Below, in pieces: positions 38,475 through 53,710 of a DNA stretch of 64,000 bases; positions within the stretch are counted from its first letter, which is position 1, and each line of letters begins with the position of its first letter. The stretch lies in contig NC_043001.1 in assembly GCF_006345805.1 (NCBI RefSeq), positions 66,092,001 to 66,156,000 of the forward strand. Reading direction: 5' to 3'. This DNA is from Octopus sinensis (Eukaryota). Made by a program: the position numbers and the translations under genes. The notes under the pieces are model-generated. The model saw only the letters and a program-made list of their open reading frames with translations. It ran no database searches and was not told the DNA's origin.

Positions 38475-41400
38475 CCGCGATGGTCGGCGAGCGGACTACA
38501 AAAGACCACGTACCCGAAAATTGAACCAAAGTCTGATTGAAAATCAGCTACTGGATCAAATCTTCCCGACACACAGGAGCTGGACGTACCCCGCAACTGG
38601 AATATTCCAACATATGGCCATCCATCCTCGTCACCAAACACTCAAAAGAGAAAGAAGGAAAAATGGACTAGGGAAGATAATAAAGAAGTTCTTGCGGCCT
38701 TCTACCATGCCACATATTTCCCCACAGATAAATCGAACACTATACAAACCTACATAAACTGGAGACAGAAACACCCTGAAGTAAGACCCTACATAGACAG
38801 TAACAAACTTGGCAACGTCAGAAGAAACATTATAAAAAAAATTACTGGCTGAAGTAGAGATTGATCAAATTAGACAAGCAGTAACGGATAGAATGAACGA
38901 AGCTGCAGCTAAAGAAGATAATACAGAGGAAATAATTATAGACCAGCTCAGAGCTAATAAAAACGAAGTAAGGATTGAAAGAGTTAGTATAAGTGATAGG
39001 CAAAGTGAAATACTCTCTGAGCCAAATATAAACACTAAGACAGATGAACATCAAATAGATGAAGAAAGTCACACAAATATTGACCCAACAGAACTACATG
39101 AGCTAAAAAGTCAAATCATGATTGAATGAATGAAAATTAAAGAAACTCCCTAAAATCCGCAACTCTAACCAAAACATGAAAATAATTGGTAAAACCCGGC
39201 TTGCACTTAAGGATATAATTTCAGCTAATGATGTTGATATCACAGATCTCAACCACCTATACTATGCATCCGCGAAAATCTTAACGATCCTATGTGGTGA
39301 AAAGATTAGAAAACGGCAACATTTCCACAAAAAGCCTTCTTGGCAAGAGCGTTTGCAACAACAAATTAAACTATTTAGATCTGACATTGAATATTTGAAA
39401 AACCTTAAGGTTCATAAGACTACCAAACCTACAAAAACCCAAAAACTAATGAAAAAATATAATATGAAAACTATACTTGATATTGATGCCATCATAGAAA
39501 CCATCAAGCAAAAGGTATCTGCTAAAGCTGCCCGCATAGCGAAATATGAAAAGCGTGTTAGATTCTTTAGGGACAACAACATGTTCAAAAATAACCCCCA
39601 AAATTTTTACAGGAAGATAGGAAAAACAACAGTTACTGTAAAGTCTGTACCATCAAAAGAAGAAGTGCAGGGATTTTGGAATAAAATTTGGGCAGAAGAA
39701 AAAACACACAGCGAAAAGGCCCCCTGGATTGATAGAATATCTAAAGAACTGGACTCCTCAGAAGAGCAAAAGTGGGAGGGTGTCAAGGTAGAAGATATAA
39801 GATCTGCTCTCAGGAGGTCAAGCAAATGGAAGTCTCCAGGAAAGGATAAAATCCCTAACTTTTGGTTGAATGCCTTCCCAGAGAGCCATGAACTGCTAAC
39901 AGAACTTTACAATGATTTTTTGCAACACCCTAGTAGGATGCCTCCTTGGCTAGTTAATGGGTTAACATTCCTGCTTCCAAAAAGTGAAGAAACAAATGAA
40001 CCAAAAAACTATAGACCCATAACCTGCTTAACAACTATGTATAAAACACTAACATCTGTCCTGACGGAATATACCTATAGTTTTTTGACAGACAACAGCA
40101 TATTCCCTAATGAACAGAAAGGATGTAAACATGGATCCTACGGTTGTAAAGATCAACTACTCATCAATAAGATGATCTTAGAAGATTGTCACAAACGACA
40201 CAAAAACTTATCAATAGCCTGGATAGACTATAAAAAGGCTTTTGATAGCCTACCACATAGCTGGATTAAGAAATGCCTAGAAATGTATAAGATAGCACCT
40301 GCTCTGCGAAACTTTTTGTCTGTAAGTATGAGATCATGGAGAACCACACTAACTTTGAACAGTGACAATGAATCTCTAAATGCTGGTGATGTAAAAATTT
40401 CATGTGGCATTTTCCAGGGTGACTCACTATCACCACTCCTCTTCTGTTTAGCCTTAATACCTCTCTCAAAACTGCTCAATGACGCGTAGTACGGATATAA
40501 AATGTTTGATAAAAATATAAATCATCTCATTTACATGGATGATTTAAAGCTCTTTGCAAAAAATGACCAACAACTCAAGGGCTTACTAGCGATTGTCAAA
40601 CAATTCAGTGATGACATCAGAATGCAATTTGGCCTCGATAAGTGTGCAAAAGCTACCTTTATCAAAGGAAAAATGACAGAAACATCTAACGTTAACCTTG
40701 ACCAGCAGAATGTCATAAAAGAATTAGACCCAGCAGAGAACTACAAGTATCTAGGGGTAATTGAAGGAGAAGGAATAAGGCATTCAGAGATGAAGGAAAG
40801 GATCAGGAGAGAATGTTATCGCAGAGTAAGAGCAATACTCAAGACAGAGCTGAATGCGAGAAACAGGATCGAAGCGATCAATGCATTAGCCATACCAGTC
40901 GTGACTTACAGTTTCAATATCGTTAACTGGTCAATTACTGAAATATGTAATCTTGACAGAAAAATATGAAAGCTGTTGACAATGCATAGAATGCACCACC
41001 CTAAGGCAGATACAGAACGACTTTATCTGCCAAGAAAAGAGGGAGGCCGTGGACTTTTACAACTGGCAATAACAATGAAGATTGCTACAATTGGCCTAGA
41101 CACCTACCTGAAAAACTCTGAGGACTGGATGTAAAAATTGTCTCAAAATATGAAAACAAGAAAGCATCATACTCAGTAACAAAACAGGCAAAGGAATATC
41201 TAAGTGAATTCCGAATACAAAAAATTTCGGAATTAGAGATAGACATACAAGAAACAGGCACAAAAAAAGCTAAGCGCATGAAAACCCGTGCTAAATCTGC
41301 AGCCTTAGATATTCTGAATGATAAATGGCAAGAAAAACCTCTCAATGGCAAATACCCAAAGAGAGCAAATAATGCAGATGTTGACAAAACCCTGACCCAC

Positions 41401-42288
41401 CAATGGCCAATGGCCTCTGGTTAAAATCTGAAACAGAGGGGTTTATCATAGCAGCTCAAGATCAATGCCTACCAACAAGAAACTACCAGGCCAACATATT
41501 AAAGATCAGAAGCAGTCCAACGTGTCGTGTATGCCAGCAACAAAATGAAACCATTGATCATGTGGTCTCCAAGTGCAGTCTTCTAGCGCCTACAGAGTAT
41601 CTCAACAGGCACGATAGAGCTGCACAATATATTCACTGGGTAATCTGCAAAAACCTGGATTTGCCCCATGAAAAAAACTGGTGGGAACACAAGCCACCCC
41701 CAGAGCTTGAAAATGACCACATCTCACTCCTCTGGAACTTCACTATTCAAACTGACAGAAAGATAGATGCAAATAGGCCAGACATCATATTGAAAGACTT
41801 CAAACAAAGAACATGCCTCCTCATTGATATGACTTTCCCAATCGATATAAACGTATCTGTCAAGACCTACCAATAACTGAGCAAATATAAAAATCTTGAA
41901 ATAGAAATCAGCAAAATGTGGAACCTGAAGACTAAAACAATACCTGTTGTCATAGGTGCCCTGGGAATGATAGCAAAAGGGGCTGATTGCTACCTAACTC
42001 AGATACCAGGAAACCCCCAAAATGGCAGAAATTCAAAAGATAGTGCTCATGGGAACTGCTCATATCCTACGCAAAATACTTTCTATGTAATCTCAAGGTT
42101 TAAAACAAACATAATTTTCGGTTTTTAAAAAATTTTTTTTTAGACATTCATTAGTACAACCCCCCCCCCCAAATATATGGCACACTAGGCATAACAACAA
42201 CATGAACTTCGAACCTGTTGTCTCTTGAGGTCTCTGGGTGAGACTTGGAGCCAACTTGTACAAATATAAAGCAAAGGTCAAACATAGA

Positions 42289-42290
<2 letters not shown>
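38475..42290 (+). mobile_element. R4/Dong-like element, third family, near full-length, several stops and frameshifts
   Basis: ORFs 39176-40489, 40502-40969 and 41403-41876 (YMDD, CRVC, RHD, NRPD); (AAT)n on both flanks. Confidence 0.92.
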
Positions 42291-42355
<65 letters not shown>

Positions 42356-45344
42356 TAGTAATTTTGTTTCGATGTTGTACGTCGTGTCTCCGCCCAAATG
42401 CTGGTGTTTTACTGTAATGTGATATGTGGCTTCTTCACAAATTGATTATAAGTTGTACAGTAAAAATATTTGTAGATTTCAATAATTTCTCACGTGTTTT
42501 TTAATCATCAATTTCTCCCAATCTGTTGACGAGTTTCTTAGAGAACCTTAAGGCGTGAGGTAAGTGAGGTAGCGTGCAGACTTGTATAGATTCATGTTTC
42601 GTTAAATCTTTTCCAATATATTCTCAATCCTTGAAGGGCAAAAGAACAGTTTTCAATACACATTAGCTCACTTCTCTCTTACAATAGAGACACCTGTTTT
42701 ATGCAAAGTCTTAACCGGAGTAATAATATACGCCAGCGTAATAACAGCAAACTCGATTTCTCTAAGCAAATAAAATGGACATCTCTTACCATGAAGAATA
42801 ATGGGTCAGGTAAACAATAACTTCTTATATGATGTTTGTACACTGAGAGTAGTCTATGTTGACAAACATGAAACTGTCCTTGTTCTTATGATTACTGTCT
42901 GCATGAATAGTTCAGTAATTGTATAAGGGTGTCGAAGTTGTTGAGAGCAAACTATGATTTAGTGAAAATTATAACGCATACCTCACGTATAATTTTTATG
43001 TGTGATTTGACTCTTGCTTTATTCCATACTTATGTTTAGTGATCTGTGGTTAACTATCAAACTATTTACTTAAAAATATAAGAAAAAGAATACTTGTCAA
43101 CCTTGTTTGGGACCCAACATTAACGGACACTGAATGTAGATAAAGAGCCAATGAAAGAGCTTCTCCTAGGCTATTTGGAAACAATGTGTTCCCTCGAACT
43201 GATAGAAATGACAGCTAAAGCTTCTTCAAAATACACCCAACCGTCTTTTAAAATGGTTACTATAGGTAATATATTCCAGAGTAAAGAAATCCTGAAAAAG
43301 GCAAGATAGGCATGATTGGAATACCTTTCGACTATAGGTGTTCTCAATCGGTACTGAACTAGGGCTAAACAATAGTAACACCTTGAATTGTTAATAAAAA
43401 ATAATCGAATTCTCGTCAAAAACGCTTTGATTATCAATAAATTTCTGGATGTGTGCGAGAGTGTGTAATAGTGTGTGTATGTGTGTGTGTGTTTGTGTGT
43501 GGGTGTGTGTGTGTGCGTGTGTTTGTGTGTGTGCGTGTAAAGGCTTGATTCCCAGTCGAACTCAGGCATATATTGTATACAAGTACAATTACATCGATGT
43601 GTTAGTCTCGACCCCACAACCCCCACCAATTAATTCCAGAGTCTGTGTAAACAATCTATAATTATTGAAAATTAGCTGAATATAAGATTTCAAATTCCTT
43701 GTCAAAAGAGATGAGAAGAGTCTGTTTAGGGAGAAAATCTCAACAAGAACAATATTTCTCTCTTGTGTTCTCTCAGAGGCTGGACGAGACAAAAATTATA
43801 AGTAACAGTTCCTAGATACATCAAATCTGAAACAAGGATTATATGACTGTTGACATTACCATTAACCGTGGTAATCCAAGTAATGGGAGGATAGCTGGAA
43901 TTTACGGATGCAATCTTCCTTTCTCTTAATAAGAACAAAGGAAGCGATTCCAGTTACCCAGGTATCGCTTTATTGTTTATTACCAGAATAGTCCACACAG
44001 TTTTTACTGAACAACTCACACCATCGTCTACAAAGCAAAACCTGCTTGAACGAAACTTAAGGCCAATAGAACCACTAATACAATTTTTTCAACCAAACTG
44101 CGTATTACAGAGTTGGAAACAGAACATAGTTCTGGACGTAACATTTTTACAAAAGCTAGATGTGATATACTCCGGAAGACACTAGTTCACTTCGATTCAT
44201 CCACACATTTCCTTGTAATCATTAACTAATGCAATATTTTCTATAATTTTCAATGAAATGAGATTAAGTTCATGATATTTATATTCATAACTCGACATCC
44301 ACCTCGACACTGACAACATCCCAATACGACGACTCACTCTCTTCAATTTACTCTTTATAAGGCCAAAGAGAGAACGTCCACTTGACCACCCTACCTGATA
44401 ATATACTCACAATTTATTGACTTAAGAGAGAATACAAAAAGTGATCCTTTGTTGACTTTTTCGTAACTTCTTCAGCATCTAAAAGACCTAACCACTATTT
44501 TTTTTAAATATTAAATACCTCTGCCAAATACTTAATATCGAACGATGCCTCGCTCAGTACAGTAAAATACTTTATACATCTTGACAGCGTCTATAAAAAA
44601 TAATGACAACACTTGTTACCTAGCAAATAATCAATTGTCGTTTAGTAGAGAGCCACCCGCTCCACTAGTCACCTACCAAATGGTCAGTCATTCTTTTGCA
44701 CAGTTCGGTTGAACCCTCGATTACACTGAAATAAGATGACCGAAGTATACCGACCAGTCTCCATCCTAATCTTGATGTATTGTGTTGGAGACTTCTTTAT
44801 TTACTGCTGCTAAGTCAATCTTCTCGAGAACGTCAGCTAATAATTACTGACGTCGATTTTCAACAAGAGGCGCGATCACGTCATGAAGGAAGTTCTTGAA
44901 AGTGACCAAGTGCTAAATATATTGTCTTCACACTGCTATTGCATTCGAAACTTTTGTAGCATGATGAGAAGCAGTAGAGTTCCCAATAATGTTATATTTT
45001 GTGAAATGATACTGGCACAAAATTCTGATTCCACTCGAGAGAACTGTTGAAACGACTACATCTTGTTTGCGACATAGATTTACATAACTAAACTACATAG
45101 CGAAAATCTTTTCCAGATGTGTGTCAGAGAGCGAAGTATGAAAAAAGATATACAACGACGAGAAACATGACACATTTATTGTCATGATTTTCTGGCCATT
45201 AAATACAACAGCAAAACTAATCTCTTTGGTCGAAGTCTTTAAATTTCAGAGAGGCAACTGGTTTTAACAGATATTAATTGATATTAACTCATCAACATTA
45301 TCTTTCTTGTAAATGAAGAATTTGCTGTCATTTTAGACACTTAC

Positions 45345-45430
<86 letters not shown>

Positions 45431-45909
45431 ATGTGTGTGTGTGTGTGTGTGACCTCGTGTGTACCGTTGGCGATATATATATATATATGTGTGTATATTT
45501 ATAGACACACACTCTTTGTCAGTAGGTTTTTGTTGAATGTAGGTTTAGTATATTCTAATAACAACTTTTTCTTTGATGCATGTATATAAATATAAGATCA
45601 AACACCTCGCCTAGCAACTAATAATAGGTGAATCCAATAAATTTTGATTCTGTCTCCGTCTCTACAAACTATTGCTGGAGACGGTAACGCTGTCTCCAGC
45701 GCACCAATACCTCAAAAATTTGAAGTTATAATGCGGTTTTATTGACCACTTGTCACTGCTGAACATTGCACCCATCTTTGTTTACGATATGACAAAAAAA
45801 TGACTTTTTGAAAAGGAATTTACATTTGGCATATACACACACGCCTGTGTATGTGTGAGCGTGCGTAATATTAATGTGTGTGCATGTGTATATGTATATG
45901 CGTTTGTAT

Positions 45910-46468
<559 letters not shown>

Positions 46469-46614
46469 TATATTTATACATACATATATATATATTACAT
46501 ATATATATAAATATATATATATATATACACACATAGACCTACATGCATATATATACAGGGACGGCCTAGATAAGAGATGAGATATTATACATATTAGAAA
46601 TAATACTGTTTCTA

Positions 46615-46651
<37 letters not shown>

Positions 46652-46659
46652 GTGTATAT

Positions 46660-47120
46660 TCTTATTCTCTTACTTGTTTCAGTCATTAGATTGTGGCCGT
46701 GCTGGGAGCACCGTCTTGAAGTTTTTAGTCGATTAAAATCAACTTCAGTTCTTATTTCTTAAGCCTGTTGGACTCTTTTTCGCCAAACCACTAAATTATG
46801 GGGAACCAAACAAGCCAACACCCTTTATCAAGAGGTGGTGGGGAACAAAATACAAGCACAAACCCACGTCAAATAGATACACATAGATACACACACACAC
46901 ACTGACGCACGCATACATACACATATACACACACTTGCACGCACACACATACACACACACATGTATGCGACAGGCTTCTTCCAGATTTCGTCTACCAAAT
47001 GCACTCACAAGTCTACTCGGTGCTATAGTAGAAAATTTTTGCCAATAGTACTACGAGGTAGGGATGAACGCAGAATGATGTGGTTGGGGAGCAAGCTTTG
47101 TATCACACAGTCACACTTGT
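46660..47120 (-). mobile_element. Diverged SINE family A copy
   Basis: Inverse similarity to 46020-46468 along its length. Confidence 0.7.
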
Positions 47121-47183
47121 GTATGTATACATGCATATATACATACATATAGATACATACATTGATGTATGTGCATATGTGTA

Positions 47184-48299
47184 TACAGGGTAAGAGAAGT
47201 ATTTGAAGACGTATTGGGGCATTTAATAAAACAGCTCTAACCGAGTAGAAATCAAATGTATTTTCATAAGCATTTATACTCGTGTTTTCAATAAGTTGTC
47301 TTATAAGATTATTCCTTGTATTTGTCTTCAGCTTCAATGATTGTTTCCATGCAGTACCAGAATTAGTCCTTATTCATTTTGGACATGATATTAAAAAAAG
47401 CGGCCTTCTGTTAAGGATGTCTGAATTTCTATTTCAACAATACTTCAAACGTAGTAGTTCATGGGATTTAAACCTGGTGAGTTTGGAGGCCATAGGTTTA
47501 GTGTTACATGGTCGTAAAGATTGTCTGTCATCTAATAGGTTAGGTAGGTTTTGTAAGAAAGTACAGTCTTGATAAAATTTATATGGCTTTCCATTGCGTA
47601 CACCATCTATCCAGGGCCTAATAACAACCTCCAACACCTCAACGTATCCAGCAGAATTAAATCTTAGATCCTGTAGAAAGATGGTTGAACTTACTCAACA
47701 CTCCTAAAACCATCACAGTTGTCAAAAACTGAGTGTGCATCAGTTTAGGGACATCAGAAGGATTTGCAGATAACCACCTCTCAGTTTCCCTGTCTAACCT
47801 TTAATCTTGGGAAGTTTTTCTCACTAGAGAAAAACCAAAGCATGCCATGTTCATGTGGATTTTTACCTTGTTAAGTAACCGGTTGGCACGAATCAAACGG
47901 CTTTCCGGTGCCTTTCTAGTCATGAATTGGCTTCTCAGTACATTCGAATGTCCTTGTGCGCCACAGTTCTGATAGTTCACTTCTACACCTGACGTTCTTT
48001 GGCGAAGACTATCATTAAATGTCTGTGATCATCATCAATAATTTTTTGAACCTATTGGATGAATTGCTGAGTCTTGTGTCCGAGCGCTTAGAAAGCTTTT
48101 TGTCTCTTTGATTCGTGTAGAAAAGACCTTGGCAACTTTTAAATCATTGTCTCGCACACGCGGCAACTGCAACTATATTATTTTGTCATTTGTGGTGAGG
48201 GGGTGAGGGGTCTCTGAAAGAAGTGAAAACCTTGTAATTGGTTTGAAAAAAGTAATATACTGATAATTAAGTGTCCTCGAATACCTTTCGTGGCCTGTA
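47184..48299 (-). mobile_element. Decayed Tc1/mariner transposon, maT/DD37D-like
   Basis: YVEVLEVVIRPWI...KFYQD; WPPNSPGLNPMNYY; degenerate TIRs starting TA-CAGG and ending CCTG-TA. Confidence 0.7.
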
Positions 48300-49920
48300 T
48301 ATTCAGAATTACTGTTTCTTTCCGTTGACCTTCTATCTCAAATCAGTTCTGTATTTTTTATATAAAATATCAGTGCGCGTTTGTGTGCCTCGCGTGTATA
48401 TGTGTGTATGCATTTGGAGATGTGTGTCTATGTGTGTGCGTGTATGCGTTCGTGTGTGCGTTTGAGTGTGTGCGCGCGCGCATTTCAATATTCTTGCGAC
48501 AGAGTGTTTGTTATTTCATTTAAAAAATCATAAAACTGACCAATACACAAATGGGATAGAGGTGGTTAATATGTGAATTGAGCCTTTCTGATAGTTTTAC
48601 CTGATATTTCAGGGTGACTTTCGTTTTATGATTAATGTAGAAGTGACATTGGTCTCTTGTCATTGTAAGGCCTCGAAGAATACGTAGAGGAAGGAAAAAA
48701 CACAAGTGATATATTGGTGTGACTCGTGTAGATAGCGCAACTGGTAATCATTGCCAGAAAAAGAAAACATGAAAGAAGGATAGCTCACATGTACTCTAAC
48801 AGTCTGTGGCACTGTGTCATGAAGATTCTTTTGGAAACTTCACATCCAGATATCAAGTTATTATTTGACCAGAGACTTGGGCGAAATTCTAGCAACAGAA
48901 TGGACTCTACTAAATAAACTCAATAGTCAGGTGGAAGTGTTAAGCTGTGTGACAGCGTAACCACAATTTATTAATTACAATTAATCTTTGAGAGATTTAA
49001 CAGATGTTCCACTCATAGATCAAAGAATTAATGTGAAATAGATTCGACGGTGAGAAGAATTTAAGCTCATAGCTCATTTTAATGAAAATCAACCTAGTCC
49101 TAGTAAGACGTCCCTAGTGGTGGAGATGTAATTCTCTCTAATACCGTTTCTAGATGGATATTGCATAATCTTATCAATTATATCTATCTTCCGTGGAACT
49201 GAACTTGACTAAATTTGACCATTTGAATATTTGACTGACTAGTGACTTGCCTAACAAATGATCAACAGATGATGACCAAGTAATGACTTCATAAACCTTT
49301 AAAATATATTCAGGCTCATAACTTATATAATTGTTATTTAAATTCAGTATGTATTAAATAAAATATAGTTTCAAATGTTTTCCTATACACTACACCCGTT
49401 GCTACTTGCAAGTGTTGACTTCCAGAGAAAAGAATATAAATATTCGCATTAGGTAAAGGTGAGCTAAACGGTTCAGCCACGTTAATAATAGGTTTTCATA
49501 AAACAGTATTTCTGATAGTTCAATTATAGCCACAGGGGTACCAAGAGGGACATTGTTCAAATATATTTGCAACAAATAACTTTAAAATATTTCAACTGGC
49601 ATTTGATAGCATGCCATAGTTTTGTATAAAGTTTTACAGCTACGTTTCAATACAAATGCCATATATTTCTATTCAATTATGTTGGTAAATGTAAAACATG
49701 CATAAAATAGAAGACATTTAGGCAAGAAGTAAAATGGGGTATAAAGAGATTTACCATTAAAATAAACTTGAAACTTCTAAAGGCATATACGAAAATTTAA
49801 TCATGCATATTTCTATGTGAAGTGACACTGACGTATGCGTGATTTTACGTTACATTGCAAAACACACACACATACATACATACATACATACATACATACA
49901 TACATACATACATACATACA

Positions 49921-51206
49921 TACGAGGGGCGTTCAATAAGTAATGCCCCTAACCCACTTGCAATTGTTTGATCTAGCTGAAATTTTGCATGTGCAATTAT
50001 TTATATCTCTATAGGTTAAGTGGTAAATTACAGTTCTGAATTAATTGTGGTTTCCGATTTACAGGTGTTTGAACTGAGTCAAGTGTGAAATGGAGCATGT
50101 TGAGTGTCGAGCAGTAATCCGGTTTTTGTATATGATAGGACGCACACCACGGGAGACTTTTGATGAAATGAAAGTAACTTATGGTGATGATGCCCCATCA
50201 TATGACCTTGTAAAACGCTGGCATCGTGAATTCAAACATGGTCGGAATTCTGTGCAAACACCTCCCAGATCTGGTCGCCCCCTTCTGCCATTGATGAGGC
50301 ATCTGTCTGTCAAGTTGAGGCTGCCATTTTGGAAGATCGACGCATAACTATTCGCCAAATAGCCCATGAGGTCAAGATTAGTACCGGGTTTGTGGAAACT
50401 ATCATTCATGACCATTTGCATATGCAAAAGGTGTCTGCCAGATGGATTCCCAGGTTGCTCACACCTTTCCAGAAGCAAGAACGCGTCGATTGCTCGAGGA
50501 TGAATTTGGAGATGTGCCAAGAAGATGAGTCAAAATTTTTCAAAAGACTGATTGCATAGGATAAAACCTGGGTCCATCACTATGATCCAGAGACCAAAGC
50601 CCAGTCAATGCAGTGGAAGCACCGTGACTCACCTCCTCCAAAGAAGGCAAGGGTGCAGCCCTCTGCTCGCAAGGTCATGCTTACAGTCTTCTGGGACCAG
50701 GACGGAGTAGTGAAGACAGATTTCCTGGCAAAGGGTGCCACAATTACAGGAGTCTATTATGCTTCACTTTTGAGGAAATTAAGAGAAGCTATCAAAATCA
50801 AGAGACGGGGCAAGATCAGCAAAGGCATCCTCCTCCAGCAGGACAACGCTCCGATCCACAACTCGCGTGTCGCCAGATCAGAAGCACAGGCGTGCAGCTA
50901 TGAACTCATCCCCCTACTCTCCTGACCTTGCACCCTCTGATTTTCACCTCTTCCCAGCCATGAAGTTGTTTTTGAAAGGAAAGCGTTTCCCAGATGATAC
51001 AGCCTTGATTTCTGAAGTCACGTCGTGGTTGGAGGACCAAGCTGGGGTCTTCTACAAAAACGGTCTTCAGAGCTGCATCAAACGATGGGAGAAATGCGTA
51101 ACTCTGGGTGGTTCCTATGTAGAAAAAGACTAATAACTGTTCTAAGTTTCGTTGCTCTACTGCTATGGGAAGTGGTTCAGGGGCATTTGTTATTGAACGC
51201 CCCTCG

Positions 51207-51208
<2 letters not shown>
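49921..51208 (+). mobile_element. Full-length mariner (DD34D), transposase pseudogene 50090-51133
   Basis: TIRs CGAGGGGCGTTCAATAA / TTATTGAACGCCCCTCG with TA TSD in (TACA)n; WIPRLL, DKTW, QDNAPIH, YSPDLAPSDFHLF; two frameshifts and one stop. Confidence 0.95.
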
Positions 51209-51275
<67 letters not shown>

Positions 51276-51539
51276 ACAAAATATGAAAGAATTGAGTTAG
51301 CTAAGTGCCTTATTGTTTCATTACCGTCAATGAAACCAAACTTGCGTCATGCCATTTCGAATTTTTTCTTTTCTTTTTTGTTATCTACGCAGAAAAATCT
51401 GAGATTACGAAACTGGGAAATATATATGTATATATCTTTTATAGTTTAATTTTTCTTAAAGAAACACTCAATGTCCCTTCCCCCACTTCGCCCTTCCATC
51501 ACATCTACCAGCTTTCAAATAGCTAAACTCTCCCAATCT

Positions 51540-52781
51540 TTCACTTTTGTCTGATATGCGTAGAATTCTACTGAAATAGTAGACTTAAAAAATACCAGAT
51601 CACCACCAGAAAACCCGACATGCTAGAAAAAAATAGGTAAACGAGATTATTTCTGAAGAAACATCCCTGTTTTTCAAAGAGTGAAACATTGTGAGTGTGT
51701 AGTATTTTGAAAGTGCTGAGGTAATGGATAAAATTTTTAAAGACGCGTACTCTTTTTTTTCTCCGTGGATTACCAAGAATAAAAATTTGAAACAAGTAAA
51801 AGATGAATTTGGTGTGTAGAGGGAGAAAAATAAAATATTGAGAACCTGTTTTGTGGTGAAAAGCTAATTTCCTGTATCGCAAACATAGGAATCGAAAGAA
51901 ATTTCAGAAAACAAAACAAGGCGAGATGGAAATGACACCTCGGACATGCTAGAAAGAAGAGGTAAAGGACAGGATTTCTGAAAAAACTTCCTTTTAGGTT
52001 CATATCGAAGATCAGGTTTTTAAATACGCTCATCACAAACACAAATTACACAATAGAAAAAGATCATTTCAATTGGATTTGAGCAGTAAATTTGTACGTG
52101 AACACTGCAAAAAATAACATAATTCGTACAAGTTTTACCTAGAGTGTGTGTATGTGTGTCAAAGGAAGTTATCTTAAGGCATTCTTTCGTTTGAAGAAGC
52201 AAAGTTGTAAACTCGACATATATAGGATCATATGATTGCTCGTTAATTTCCGTAAAATTGTTTTAATTTCTGTAAGCTTTGAAGAGTGCAGAAATTGAAA
52301 GAGAGGATAAAGTGAAAAGACGAGATTTGCTTTGAAGTGAGAAGAGAAACTGTAAGATGAACGTATATATGAAATGGACGTGTGAGATAGGGAGAGGGAG
52401 AGAAAGAGAGAGTGAGTGAGTGAAGGTGTGTGTTTTAATGTATGATATTTTTTGCATCTATATGTAAGTGGCACTCACTCTCTCTCTCTCTCTCTAAATA
52501 CGCACACTACCCGTTTTCTACGTAACCTTATCCCTAATCCTAAACACCGGGAGTGTGTATCCTTTACCTTCGCCCATAAATACATATGCATACATCTTGT
52601 TTGTGTGTGAGAGAGAGTGTGTGTATGTGATTGTATTTCGTCATAACATATAGAAATATGGATGTCTTTTAATGCATTTTTTGGTTGTGACGTATTTCAA
52701 TACAATATTTATGCGTACGTTTTCATTAATGTTTGTCTAAGTAGAATTCTACGCATGCGTGAAACTCGGACGAAAGTGAAA
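51540..52781. repeat. Unclassified DNA element bounded by imperfect inverted repeats
   Basis: TTCACTTTTGTCTGA..ATGCGTAGAATTCTACT (51540) versus AGTAGAATTCTACGCAT...TCGGACGAAAGTGAA (52740); internal direct repeats at ~51615 and ~51940. Confidence 0.45.
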
Positions 52782-53119
52782 CATTAGAAGCAAATCGAAA
52801 TATTGTCCGAAAATGACCTCAAAATAGTGCGACCCAACCTAGTTGCCGAGGTTATTTTAGTTGTAAAAAAAAGAGTTGTTGAGTCAAAAACAGTTTATTT
52901 GGTAGATAGATAATAAGCAGCTGTCTTTATTGTAATACAGATGTGACTAATTCGGAGAAACATTACTTTCATTATTTACACATCATCACTCTCGTAATGC
53001 AACACTTTGTAATTTTGGTTCAAATTGAAAGTGTGAAACTATTTTCATTTTCTAATGAAAGCTGGTCATTGTAGAGAAGTGTATTTGAAATAACTATAAC
53101 TGGTTGTTGAGATAACATA

Positions 53120-53710
53120 GAAAATATGTAAATGGAAATAAAGTTTATTTAACATGTGTAATTGATTTGATTGTTCTGGTCATATCATCAGTTGGTAAGA
53201 ATAGAAATCATTTGGCGACGAGTTAGCAGAAACGTTAGCAGGCCGGGCGAATTGCTTAGCGGTATTTCGTCTGCCGTTACGTTCAAATTCCGCCAAGGTC
53301 GACTTTGCCTTTCATCATTTCGGGGTCGATAAATTAAGTACCAGTTACGCACTAGGGTCGATATAATCGACTTAATCCGTTTGTCTGTTCTTGTTTGTCC
53401 CCTCTATGTTTAGCCCCTTATGGGCAATAAAGAAATAAGAATAGAAGTCATTTGACGACACCTTTTTGTTTGTAATTGGCTATCCTGTTGCAGGTTCAAT
53501 CCGTGGAATATTGAAACGATACCCATCTTGTCCATTCAACAGAATAAGAGTATACTGGAGAACATCATAAGAGGGATGAGTCTGTGAAACACGTTTAAGG
53601 TTGATATCTGGAACACGAATGAGAATATCATGATTTTCATGGGGATCACCAACCATAAGGATGGCTACTTCATTAGATGTGGAATCAATAAAACAGCGTA
53701 AAATGTTCTT
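53120..53710 (-). pseudogene. Helitron Rep/Hel coding fragment interrupted by a SINE
   Basis: Minus strand NEVAILMVGD..HDILI...LKRVSQTHPSYDVLQYTLILLNGQDGY...KKVSSNDFYSYQLMI resembles the Helitron Rep N-terminal region (recalled SYDALQYP..GEDGY..FYSYRLMIR). Confidence 0.8.
53214..53435 (+). mobile_element. SINE family B with 18-bp TSD
   Basis: TSD TAAGAATAGAARTCATTT at 53196-53213 and 53436-53453; B-box-like GTTCAAATTCC. Confidence 0.85.

Noticed and set aside
42350-45340. Apparently unique sequence with short ORFs and CRE-like TGACGT motifs (~44848-44884)
   Set aside because: No recognisable protein motifs, and such short motifs are expected by chance.
45674-45700. 9-bp hairpin GCTGGAGAC/GTCTCCAGC
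   Set aside because: Single occurrence with no supporting context.
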